A stretch of 62,961 nt of DNA, the filler included. It is 5 parts of 5 records of this genome, joined end to end, with 100 filler letters (N's around TTAATTAATTAA, not from the genome) between each part and the next. Parts side by side here need not be neighbours in the genome. Positions count along the whole stretch, not along the records: positions 46,019 to 56,049 come from SRR31156797_6526; positions 56,150 to 62,961 come from SRR31156797_6579; 3 more parts are not named here. One strand, 5' to 3'. Below, one piece after another: positions 47,697 to 56,833 of the stretch. A model generated the notes under the pieces. The model was not told the origin of the DNA and ran no database searches. It saw only the letters and a program-made list of their open reading frames with translations. The position numbers and the translations under genes are program-made. Position 1 is the stretch's first letter. Each line of letters opens with the position of its first letter.

Positions 47697-47875
47697 GGAG
47701 TAAGCCTCCGGAGACCCCTATAAAACAGGATCGGGCTTGAAATTGTTGCAGACCCCTCATCTACACCAGCTTAATCGGCATTTAATCCATTTCCATTTAG
47801 AGTTCCAGCATCTAAAGAAAAATGAAGCTTTCTGTATCTGGAACTTCACAAAGAAATTCGCTAGGCTTCAGTCCG

Positions 47876-48679
47876 ATGAATAAATACCGTCCAATATTAA
47901 TATTATTTACCGCCATCTTTATACTGCACTTTTTCGGGCTAAAAAGCTACGCCCGAGAAAAAACAGGCGCTCCGCTCATCAAATGCAAACTGCTCAACCA
48001 GTTCCCGCACGATGATACGGCTTTCACGCAGGGTTTTTTATATCACGACGGCTACTTATACGAAAGCACCGGCAAGCGTGGGAGTTCTTCCCTGCGTAAG
48101 GTGGAGCTGAAAAGCGGCATCGTACGCACTATAGCCAAAAACGATAATGATGTTTTCAGTGAAGGAATATGTTACTGGAACAACAGATTTTACCAACTTA
48201 CATGGCGGTCCGGTAAATGTTTCATATATGACTCCACTTCCCTTGCCCGCAAAGGATTCTTCAAATACAAAGGGCAGGGATGGGGACTGACCACTGACGG
48301 ACAATTCATCTATCAGAGCAACGGCTCGTCAGTGATCACTTTCAGGGACCCGTATGATTTCGCACGCATCAAAAGGTTGCGGATCACAGACGGTATTGCC
48401 AACATCCATCGCCTTAATGAACTTGAATATATAAACGGCCTGATTTTCAGCAATATCTGGAAAAAAGACCGCATTGCTATCATTGATCCCGAGAAAGGCA
48501 AAGTCAAATTCTGGTTGGATGTATCCTCTTTGCGCCCTCTTGCCGGAGAAAAGGCCGAAGCCGCTAACGGCATAGCCTGGGATGCTGCCGGGAAAAGACT
48601 CTTCGTGACCGGAAAATTCTGGAATAAGGTTTTTGAAATTGAACTACCCACACTTGAAAATCAGCCCTCTTCACACTGA
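47876..48679 (+). CDS. Glutaminyl-peptide cyclotransferase (type I, beta-propeller)
   Basis: PHD..AFTQG, YESTG, FSEG, QLTW, GWGLT, LNELE, NGIAWD, VTGKFW; signal peptide. Confidence 0.93.
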   Translation: MNKYRPILILFTAIFILHFFGLKSYAREKTGAPLIKCKLLNQFPHDDTAFTQGFLYHDGYLYESTGKRGSSSLRKVELKSGIVRTIAKNDNDVFSEGICYWNNRFYQLTWRSGKCFIYDSTSLARKGFFKYKGQGWGLTTDGQFIYQSNGSSVITFRDPYDFARIKRLRITDGIANIHRLNELEYINGLIFSNIWKKDRIAIIDPEKGKVKFWLDVSSLRPLAGEKAEAANGIAWDAAGKRLFVTGKFWNKVFEIELPTLENQPSSH

Positions 48680-48683
48680 TCAG

Positions 48684-51600
48684 ATGACAATTTCACTGGG
48701 CATTTGCGCCGGAGCTTCCTCAGTCAGCATACTCCTGACCGGAAACGATAACGGCAGGATTGAAATACTCAAATCAATTTCACTAAACCACGAAGGCAAT
48801 CCCGCGCAGACTGTAATCAATGCTTTGCGGGAGCTGGACTTACCCGAAGGTATCCCCGCAGCAGTCACCGGGCGCAAATTCCGCCACCTGCTGGACCTGC
48901 CGACCATCTCTGAACCGCAGGCTCTTGAAACAGCACTGGCTAAGCAAAATTTCGTTAAAGATGGCTATCGCACCGTGCTCAGCGCAGGCGGGGAAACCTT
49001 CATGGCCTACCTGCTGGATAGCAACGGCAAAGTGGAAACCGTGCACACCGGGAATAAATGCGCTTCCGGTACCGGAGAATTTCTGGTCCAGCAACTGGGC
49101 CGCATGGGTCTGACTTTAGAAGATATGTCGGCCATGGAAATGAGTGAACCGCACAAAGTTTCCGGTCGATGCTCGGTTTTCTGCAAGAGCGACTGCACCC
49201 ACGCCCTCAACAAAGGGATTGAAAAAGAAGCGGTGGTAGCAGGACTGGCCCGCATGATGGCAGGGAAGTGCATAGAACTGTTACGCAAGTTACCCGCTGA
49301 AAAAGTCGCCCTGATCGGTAATTGTTCACAGAATAAATTTATGGTCAACGAGCTGCGCAGAGAAATACCGGACTTACTCCTGCCTCAGCACGGCAACACT
49401 TTCGAAGCTCTCGGCGCAGCAATCTGGGCTGCTGAAAACGGCAGAGTACTTCCCGAAGACTGCAACACCATTATCCACAAAGGTGACACCGCATTCACTT
49501 TTCTGCAGCCACTGAAAAACTTCACAGATTCCGTTAAATTTCACGAAAGTACCAAGGCAGAATTCACCCCCGGAAACAGGCTGTCCTTGGGTCTTGATGT
49601 AGGTTCGACCACCACCAAAGGCGTGCTTCTTGATCTGGATCGAAACGAGATCGTGGCATCCTGCTATCTGCGCACGGATGGCGACCCCATCGGAGCCTCT
49701 CGCCGGGTTTATAGCGATCTGGCAGCTCAGGTCCCCGCCGGAACCAAAACCAAAGTTCTGGGGGTGACCGGATCGGGCCGCAACATTGCCGGACTGCATG
49801 CGGGAACGGACGGAATCATCAATGAGATTACCGCCCACGCTACTGCCGCTGTACATTATGATCCTGATGTAGACACAATTTTCGAAATAGGCGGGCAGGA
49901 TGCCAAATACACATGGCTGAAGAACTCGGTCCCCTGTGACTATGCCATGAATGAGGCTTGTAGTGCCGGGACCGGATCATTCCTCGAAGAAAGTGCCAAA
50001 GAGACATTAGGCATTGATGTAACTGACATTGCCGAAGTAGCATTCAAAGGAGCAAATCCACCCAATTTTAACGACCAGTGTGCGGCCTTCATCGGCTCGG
50101 ACCTCAAACTTGCAGCGCAGGAAGGTGTTCCGCTTGAAGATATGGTTGCCGGACTGGTCTACTCCATCTGCATCAACTACTCCAACCGGGTCAAAGGCAA
50201 CCGTACTGTAGGACAGAAAATTTTCATGCAGGGCGGGGTCTGCTACAACAAAGCCGTCCCCACAGCCATGGCCGCACTGACTGGGCAGCAAATTATCGTC
50301 CCACCCCATCCGGGACTAACCGGAGCCTTCGGAGTCGCCCTCGAAGCAGCTAAGCGAGCCGAACAAGGGACCATCGCCAAGGGAAGCTTCGATCCTGCGG
50401 AACTCGCCAGACGCGAAGTGACTTACAAGTCACCCTTCACCTGCAACGGAGCCGGACGGAATTGCGATCTCGGCTGCACCATTGCCCGCATTGAAGTTGA
50501 GGGCAAAACCTTTCCTTTCGGCGGCATCTGCAACCGCTTTGATAATTCCAAGGTCGCCAAGGGCACTAAGCCCGGAGAAGACCTTGTGCTCTGGCGGGAG
50601 AAACGGGTTTTCCGCGATTTAACTGAACCAGAGAAAGGCCAGCCGGTCATAGGCATGAATCGTTCCCTGCTCATGAATACGTGGTTCCCGCTCTTCAATA
50701 CATTTTTCAAAAAAATGGGTTTCGGGGTCCGCCTGCCTGATCAGGTTGATCCTGACTCCATTGAACAGAAAGGCGCTCCCTTCTGCCATCCGGTAGAGTT
50801 GGCCCACGGCGGGATGGGCGAACTACTTAAGCTTGAGACCGATCATATTTTCCTGCCCCATCTGCGCTCCATGCCGCTTAAGAGCGGTGACCGTTCCTGT
50901 ACCTGTGTGCTGGTTCAAGGCGAACCGTACTACCTTAAATCAGCCTTCCCGGAACTGGAAGAACGATCCTTACTGACCCCGGTCATTCACATGCAGGACG
51001 GAGAAGAACAATTACGCAAGGCTCTGCTTCATACCGCAGCCAAACTGCAAATAGGTGTACAGCTGGCTCTGGATGCCCTTGAAACAGCCCTTGCCGAGCA
51101 GGAACAATTCTTTGCCGACCTGCGTCTTAAAGGTGAAGAATTTATGGCCGGACTAAATGAAAACGATCAACAGTCCATGGTGCTTTTCGGCAGGCCCTAC
51201 AACGCCTTCAGTTCATGGGCCAATAAATCTATTCCCGCAAAATTCGCCACCCGCGGAGTTGAAATTATCCCCTGCGACATGCTCCCGCGCAGCGAGAAGT
51301 GCGGTAACGAGCTGAACATGTACTGGGCCACCGGAGAACAGATAATGGACGCTGCCAAGCTGGTGGCAGCCCATCCCAAACTTTTCGGCACTTACATCAC
51401 CAATTTTTCCTGCGGGCCGGACTCCTTTCTGCTCGGTCATTTCCGCAAGGTCATGGGCCGCAAGCCCTCGCTGACCCTTGAATTGGACAGCCATACTGCT
51501 GATGCCGGAATCGAAACCCGCATCGAAGCCTTCCTCGATATTGTGGATGGTTTCAGCCGTTTTGAAGAGCCACAGAAATCCATTGCCAACCCTTTCTGTG

Positions 51601-52889
51601 CAGCGCGCTGCGAAGTGCGTGACGGAATTACCGGGATTACCGATTCAAAAGACAAATGGCATGCGGTGAATGATCCAAAAGTAACCCTGATCATCCCCAG
51701 CCTTGGCGAAATCAGCACTGATTTTCTGGCCGCTTCCATGCAACGCGATAACATCCGCTATAAAGTGCTATCCCATGCCAACGAAGCCGCCCTGAAAATG
51801 GGCCGCAACAATTCTTCCTGCAAGGAATGTCTGCCCTTGCAACTAACTGCCGGAGCCTTGCTGGAACATCTGAAAAAACGAGACGAGAACGAAATATCCC
51901 TCTTCCTGATGCCTAAGGCCAAAGGGCCGTGCCGCTTCGGACAATATTCTGTGTTCATGAACGATCTCATCGAACGGCTCGAAATCCCGAATATTGCCAT
52001 CTTCGCACCCAGTTCCACAGACGGGTACGGAGGCCTCAGCACTAGTGTAACGCTGGGCATGTGGCAGGGCATTGTCACCGGCTCCATTCTTGAGGATATA
52101 CACGCCACTATTTGTACTGCAGCCAAAAACAAAGACGCGGCCCTGAAACTTTTCTGGCTAGTGCGCCAAGAATTGCTTGATGCCATGGCAAGCTGGAAAG
52201 AATTTTCCAAAGCCCTGCGCAAAGCCGCGCTCGACCTTTCCTCCATCAAACTGGCAAAGCCAGTACAGGAGTATCCGGTTATATCCCTGCTGGGTGAAAT
52301 TTACGTACGCCATGATCCATTGGCTAGACGCAACCTGCCGGAAAGACTTACTGAACAGGGATTTATTGTCCGCGTGGCCCCGGTGCTGGAATGGATGAAA
52401 TACACAGACTGGCTGAACCGCAACAGCATTGAAGGCAAGGCCGGGATCAAAACCCTGATCACCCAAGGTGTGAAATCATATTTTGAACGTCGAATCCGCC
52501 ATATTCTTACAGACAGCGGCCTGCTCTTCTATCCCGGACCGAATGTGCGCGAAGTGGTCAGCCACGGCAAGCCGCACATTTCTGAACAGCTCACCGGAGA
52601 AGCAATCCTGACAGTAGGAACATCCCTGCATGAAATCATGTCCCCATCCTGCGGGGTAATCTCCATCGGTCCTTTCGGATGCATGCCTTCGCGGGTAGCT
52701 GAAGCAGTTCTCAGCGAAAAATTCCGGGCCGGATCAGCCGGAAAAAAGGCAACCTCTGTACTTGCAGAAGACTCACGCTTACCCTTCCTTGCCATTGAAA
52801 CAGACGGCAATCCATTTCCGCAGCTGATCGAAGCGCGACTGGAAGCATTCTGCTTGCAGGCCAGACGACTCCATGAACGGATGTGTTAG
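48684..52889 (+). CDS. CoA-substrate-specific enzyme activase fusion (two BadF/BadG/BcrA/BcrD ATPase domains plus DUF2229 / dehydratase-like domains)
   Basis: NKCASGTG, RCSVFCKSD, GLDVGSTTTK, EIGGQDAK, NEACSAGTG, NFSCGPD, GPFGCMP. Confidence 0.92.
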   Translation: MTISLGICAGASSVSILLTGNDNGRIEILKSISLNHEGNPAQTVINALRELDLPEGIPAAVTGRKFRHLLDLPTISEPQALETALAKQNFVKDGYRTVLSAGGETFMAYLLDSNGKVETVHTGNKCASGTGEFLVQQLGRMGLTLEDMSAMEMSEPHKVSGRCSVFCKSDCTHALNKGIEKEAVVAGLARMMAGKCIELLRKLPAEKVALIGNCSQNKFMVNELRREIPDLLLPQHGNTFEALGAAIWAAENGRVLPEDCNTIIHKGDTAFTFLQPLKNFTDSVKFHESTKAEFTPGNRLSLGLDVGSTTTKGVLLDLDRNEIVASCYLRTDGDPIGASRRVYSDLAAQVPAGTKTKVLGVTGSGRNIAGLHAGTDGIINEITAHATAAVHYDPDVDTIFEIGGQDAKYTWLKNSVPCDYAMNEACSAGTGSFLEESAKETLGIDVTDIAEVAFKGANPPNFNDQCAAFIGSDLKLAAQEGVPLEDMVAGLVYSICINYSNRVKGNRTVGQKIFMQGGVCYNKAVPTAMAALTGQQIIVPPHPGLTGAFGVALEAAKRAEQGTIAKGSFDPAELARREVTYKSPFTCNGAGRNCDLGCTIARIEVEGKTFPFGGICNRFDNSKVAKGTKPGEDLVLWREKRVFRDLTEPEKGQPVIGMNRSLLMNTWFPLFNTFFKKMGFGVRLPDQVDPDSIEQKGAPFCHPVELAHGGMGELLKLETDHIFLPHLRSMPLKSGDRSCTCVLVQGEPYYLKSAFPELEERSLLTPVIHMQDGEEQLRKALLHTAAKLQIGVQLALDALETALAEQEQFFADLRLKGEEFMAGLNENDQQSMVLFGRPYNAFSSWANKSIPAKFATRGVEIIPCDMLPRSEKCGNELNMYWATGEQIMDAAKLVAAHPKLFGTYITNFSCGPDSFLLGHFRKVMGRKPSLTLELDSHTADAGIETRIEAFLDIVDGFSRFEEPQKSIANPFCAARCEVRDGITGITDSKDKWHAVNDPKVTLIIPSLGEISTDFLAASMQRDNIRYKVLSHANEAALKMGRNNSSCKECLPLQLTAGALLEHLKKRDENEISLFLMPKAKGPCRFGQYSVFMNDLIERLEIPNIAIFAPSSTDGYGGLSTSVTLGMWQGIVTGSILEDIHATICTAAKNKDAALKLFWLVRQELLDAMASWKEFSKALRKAALDLSSIKLAKPVQEYPVISLLGEIYVRHDPLARRNLPERLTEQGFIVRVAPVLEWMKYTDWLNRNSIEGKAGIKTLITQGVKSYFERRIRHILTDSGLLFYPGPNVREVVSHGKPHISEQLTGEAILTVGTSLHEIMSPSCGVISIGPFGCMPSRVAEAVLSEKFRAGSAGKKATSVLAEDSRLPFLAIETDGNPFPQLIEARLEAFCLQARRLHERMC

Positions 52890-53003
52890 ACTGCCGATTT
52901 TAAAATTAACACTAGCTTAGTTCTTCTTGATATAGCACAAGCTATCATGGTACCACCTCTCAGGATAAATTTAAGCGGAAACGCTTGTCGGGGGAGGAAA
53001 ACG

Positions 53004-55238
53004 TTGAATAGAAGAATTGTCGGCTTGAGCCTGTTAATCCTGCTTGTTACAATATGTGGGTGCAGGACGGTAAGGTCCATAAAAACGGATATCAAAGAAA
53101 CTGTAATTTCCTCCCAACCTGAGGATAAATTTTCTCAAGCACTGGACCGGAACAAGTTTTCAGAGGCTGAAAAAATATGGCTTGATAATCAGGATTATTT
53201 CCTTGAAAACCCGAAAGCCATGGATAAGATAACCAAAGCAGCCTCATATCTCAAAAAGCGCTACCGCCCGAAAATTTCTGCCGCCACCACCAATCTCCTT
53301 TCCATCCACTGGCCCGCAAAGTCCGCAAAGTGGACCCTGATCCGCCTTAAGCTGGACAATGGCCGTGATTTAATCGCCGAAATTGACTCCAGCATCATCC
53401 TGAATGACCTAGACCAGCTTCCCCCCGGCCTTGAGAAGCTGAAAAAGAAATTTCGCGAAAAAGAATCAAAAATTAACGCTGACGCACAGGCCCAGTTCAA
53501 AAAGTATCCACTTCAGACCGGACCAAACTTCTTTTCCATCTACCCCGTCAAACTGGACGAAGCTAAATTCTTAAAATCGCAGGCCGCCCTGCTGGAACAG
53601 ACTGTAGCTTCCGCTATCGGGAACGGTGTGCCGCATATGATAAAGGAATACGGCGATGTCATCCCGGCTAAGACCATGCGTAATCTCGAAGGCCAATATT
53701 TCCGGGATCTGCTCAAAAAAGAAGCAAAGGGTAAAAAACCTTCCTTCCGTACAGTGATCAAAACCATGAAGGAAGCCAAGCGCCTCGGCTTCCCCGTAAC
53801 CGAAGTACCGGACTGCAAAATCGCCTTTGTGCGCGTGACCAGTAAAACTCTACTGAAAGAGCACGGTATTGAATTCGGTTTAGGATTTGATGTGGACCTG
53901 CCCATGGAAACCGAAACACTGGCAAAGACCCACATGTTCAACTCCAAGACCGCCAAAGATGCAGATGTGGTCATCCTCATCAACGAAGTCGTATCCAGAA
54001 TTGACCGCAAGACTTTTCGGCCTACAGCATATAGCAGTAAGCACGTTATCGGATATGAGGAAGGATACAACCATGCCTACGATCAGGCCCAGTTGCGTTT
54101 AGAGCAATTAAAATTGAAACGCCAAGAACTTAACGAGCGCAACAACTCCCATATTCTGGGCTTGTTCGGGGCCAGTGACATAACCTCCGCTGCGCAGATG
54201 GCAGCACAGGAGGAACGGAAATACAATGAAGCTGTCGCTAATGCCACCAACATCCCGCGTATGATTGATAAGCCTGTCTACAAAAACTACCACTTCAGTG
54301 TCGTGCCGCTGCGGACAACGAAAATTGCCTCAGTGCAATACGTGATTATCGACCGCAAATCACACACCTATTTCACAGACTTCTTTGATATTGTTCAGGA
54401 AAAAAACTTCAAAATAGCTTACGGCATAAAACTGGATGACCCGGACCGTGAAACCCATGGAATTCGATTCAATACGGAAAAACAATTGCGTGAATGGGAA
54501 AGGCAACCTGTTGCGGTCCAACTGTCCGATATGCTCAACTATTATCTGGATCGCAAAGAAAAAGACAAAAGATATCACAACATGGCCCGGATTCAAAAAA
54601 TAATCATGAACAATCGTAATATGGCAGTGGCGGAATTCTACAGCGATAAATACGAATCCGATACCGGTAATGACCCACGCTATGATTCCACAGTCATAGT
54701 CCAGAGCCCTGACCGGAGAGGCAGAGGAAGCGGTTTTTTTGTTACCGACAACATAATCCTCACCAACTACCATGTAGTGGAAGCAAGTGAGTTTGTGGAA
54801 ATAAGTCTCCACAATAAGATTGAAGCCTTCGGTAAAGTCATGGCCTATGACCTATATCGGGATCTTGCATTAGTTAAAATCAATGTCCACGGTAAACCGG
54901 TTCGTTTCTACACCAATAACAGCCTTCCGGCTGGGGTAACCCTTGAAGCTATCGGACACCCCAAAAGATTTCCTTTTACCATAACCAGAGGAGTCTTCAG
55001 CGCATACAGAAAAAGAAAAAGTAAATACCTGCCCTCACGCCGCATGGTACGCTACATTCAAACTGACGCAGCCATTAACTCGGGTAATTCCGGTGGCCCA
55101 TTATTTTATAAGAATAAAGTTGTAGGCGTTAACACATGGAAAAGAATTGATCCGGGAGTCGACAACCTCGCATTCGCAGTACACTACGCTGAAATAATAG
55201 AATTTCTAGAACAATACGGCATTAAATACCGCAAATAA
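53004..55238 (+). CDS. Lipoprotein with C-terminal trypsin-like (S1C) serine protease domain
   Basis: Lipobox-like ICGC; ILTNYHVV, DLALVK, GNSGGPL catalytic triad; TTG start after GGAGG. Confidence 0.88.
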   Translation: MNRRIVGLSLLILLVTICGCRTVRSIKTDIKETVISSQPEDKFSQALDRNKFSEAEKIWLDNQDYFLENPKAMDKITKAASYLKKRYRPKISAATTNLLSIHWPAKSAKWTLIRLKLDNGRDLIAEIDSSIILNDLDQLPPGLEKLKKKFREKESKINADAQAQFKKYPLQTGPNFFSIYPVKLDEAKFLKSQAALLEQTVASAIGNGVPHMIKEYGDVIPAKTMRNLEGQYFRDLLKKEAKGKKPSFRTVIKTMKEAKRLGFPVTEVPDCKIAFVRVTSKTLLKEHGIEFGLGFDVDLPMETETLAKTHMFNSKTAKDADVVILINEVVSRIDRKTFRPTAYSSKHVIGYEEGYNHAYDQAQLRLEQLKLKRQELNERNNSHILGLFGASDITSAAQMAAQEERKYNEAVANATNIPRMIDKPVYKNYHFSVVPLRTTKIASVQYVIIDRKSHTYFTDFFDIVQEKNFKIAYGIKLDDPDRETHGIRFNTEKQLREWERQPVAVQLSDMLNYYLDRKEKDKRYHNMARIQKIIMNNRNMAVAEFYSDKYESDTGNDPRYDSTVIVQSPDRRGRGSGFFVTDNIILTNYHVVEASEFVEISLHNKIEAFGKVMAYDLYRDLALVKINVHGKPVRFYTNNSLPAGVTLEAIGHPKRFPFTITRGVFSAYRKRKSKYLPSRRMVRYIQTDAAINSGNSGGPLFYKNKVVGVNTWKRIDPGVDNLAFAVHYAEIIEFLEQYGIKYRK

Positions 55239-55249
55239 GGAGCCTGGAA

Positions 55250-55990
55250 TTGAAAAAAAGCATTTTCATCTTAATAACAGTGGCAACGATCATGGCTCTG
55301 TTACTCATGACCGGGTGCCGCAGCAAGCAGCGCATGGGCATGGTCCGCGACCAGAAAACAGGACTGCTTTACGGCTCCATGACCAGCGGCAACTTTATGA
55401 TCGACCCTTCCCAGTTCGATACCCCGGTATTAAAATTAACCATCCGCAATACTTCCGGGGACCCGGCAATAAACCTTAAAGCCCTGCGCAAAACCATAGA
55501 AAGCGCATATATAGATAAGGGCTACAAGGTAGTCAAAACAGGAAAATATTCCATGCACTTAGACATAAATCTGCGTTATTCCGGACAGATTTCACAGAAT
55601 ATGGTTGATGAAATCAGACTTTGGGGTGGAACAGGCGGAGCATACATGGGGGCAAGCTTGGGACAGAACCTCGATTCCATGGTGCTTGGCTCCGCATCCG
55701 GTGCGGCCATCGGGGCCATCATCGGCCAATATACTACGCAGGATACCTACATCATGGTCGCGGATGTAATCCTCGGAGTCGTGGATAAGTATGCCAAAAA
55801 GCGTAAAGCTATTGTCCAGTTTGATGACACTCAAATCAAATGGGAGGACGAGGATGATGGCTATACTGCCTACCGCTCCCGCGAACGCATCAAAGCGGCG
55901 GTCTATGCCGGAGGAGACAACACGCCGCAGAGCAAAATCGTACGCGGAGTTACGCTGAGATTTAAGAATATTTTACAGGATATTATCTAA
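55250..55990 (+). CDS. TraT-like outer-membrane lipoprotein
   Basis: MTGC lipobox; IRNTSGD, KGYKVV, glycine zipper, TYIMVADV. Confidence 0.72.
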   Translation: MKKSIFILITVATIMALLLMTGCRSKQRMGMVRDQKTGLLYGSMTSGNFMIDPSQFDTPVLKLTIRNTSGDPAINLKALRKTIESAYIDKGYKVVKTGKYSMHLDINLRYSGQISQNMVDEIRLWGGTGGAYMGASLGQNLDSMVLGSASGAAIGAIIGQYTTQDTYIMVADVILGVVDKYAKKRKAIVQFDDTQIKWEDEDDGYTAYRSRERIKAAVYAGGDNTPQSKIVRGVTLRFKNILQDII

Positions 55991-55993
55991 AAC

Positions 55994-56049
55994 ATGCCTC
56001 CGGGGTCCCGGCCGGGGTCCTTAAACCCTTTTGGGAAAAGGGTTTAAGA
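55994..56049. repeat. REP-like palindromic repeat at the contig end
   Basis: TGCCTCCGG...CTTAAACCCTTTT-GGG-AAAAGGGTTTAAG (13-bp stem). Confidence 0.7.
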
Positions 56050-56149
56050 NNNNNNNNNNNNNNNNNNNNNNNNNNNNNNNNNNNNNNNNNNNNTTAATTA
56101 ATTAANNNNNNNNNNNNNNNNNNNNNNNNNNNNNNNNNNNNNNNNNNNN
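56050..56149. other. Artificial contig spacer
   Basis: N44-TTAATTAATTAA-N44. Confidence 0.99.
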
Positions 56150-56172
56150 ATTGACCCAATAATTGGGTCAAT
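56150..56172. repeat. Perfect inverted repeat at the contig start
   Basis: ATTGACCCAA-TAA-TTGGGTCAAT. Confidence 0.55.
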
Positions 56173-56252
56173 CTTAATTATTCATATCCTTGAATTAAAA
56201 TTTAAATTTTCTTATTTTCGGACAATAACAATAAACTCAATAGGTGAATTAT

Positions 56253-56831
56253 ATGAAGAACACTATCACATATCCCGAAGCAACAATAATATTTAATACC
56301 TACTTAAAGACCGAATACCTTCGTTTACACTGCAGAGAGACTGAAGTCATCATGAGGGCACTAGCCCGTCACTTAGGTCAAGATGAAGATTTTTGGGGCA
56401 TTACCGGACTTTTACACGATCTGGACTTGGATGAGATCGGTGATGATATGAGCAAGCATGGAACTCATACGGTTGAATTACTGAAAAAAGAGGGTTATGA
56501 CATACCCGAAATGTTTGATGCTATTAAATCGCATGTTCAAGGTATTGAAGGACTACCCTATAAACGTGAAACCGATTTTCAATTTATTCTTTCCGGTGCG
56601 GAAAATATTACAGGCTTGATCAGCGCATACGTTATTCTACGTCCGGAGAAAAAAATTGAGGGTGTAAAAGTAAAATCCATTAAGAAAAAATTCAAGTCAC
56701 CGGCGTTTGCAGCAAAAGTAAGTCGTGAATTTATTCAAGATGCCGCTGATCACGCGGGCTTGGAATTGGGTGAGTTCATTGCTTTATCGATCGAAGCGAT
56801 GTCCGGCATCGCTGAAGAGATCGGCATGTAA
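56253..56831 (+). CDS. HD/HDIG domain hydrolase
   Basis: LHC.E.E..MRALA, GLLHDLD, HG, AIKSH, KKKFK...FAAKVSRE. Confidence 0.88.
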   Translation: MKNTITYPEATIIFNTYLKTEYLRLHCRETEVIMRALARHLGQDEDFWGITGLLHDLDLDEIGDDMSKHGTHTVELLKKEGYDIPEMFDAIKSHVQGIEGLPYKRETDFQFILSGAENITGLISAYVILRPEKKIEGVKVKSIKKKFKSPAFAAKVSREFIQDAADHAGLELGEFIALSIEAMSGIAEEIGM

Positions 56832-56833
56832 AA

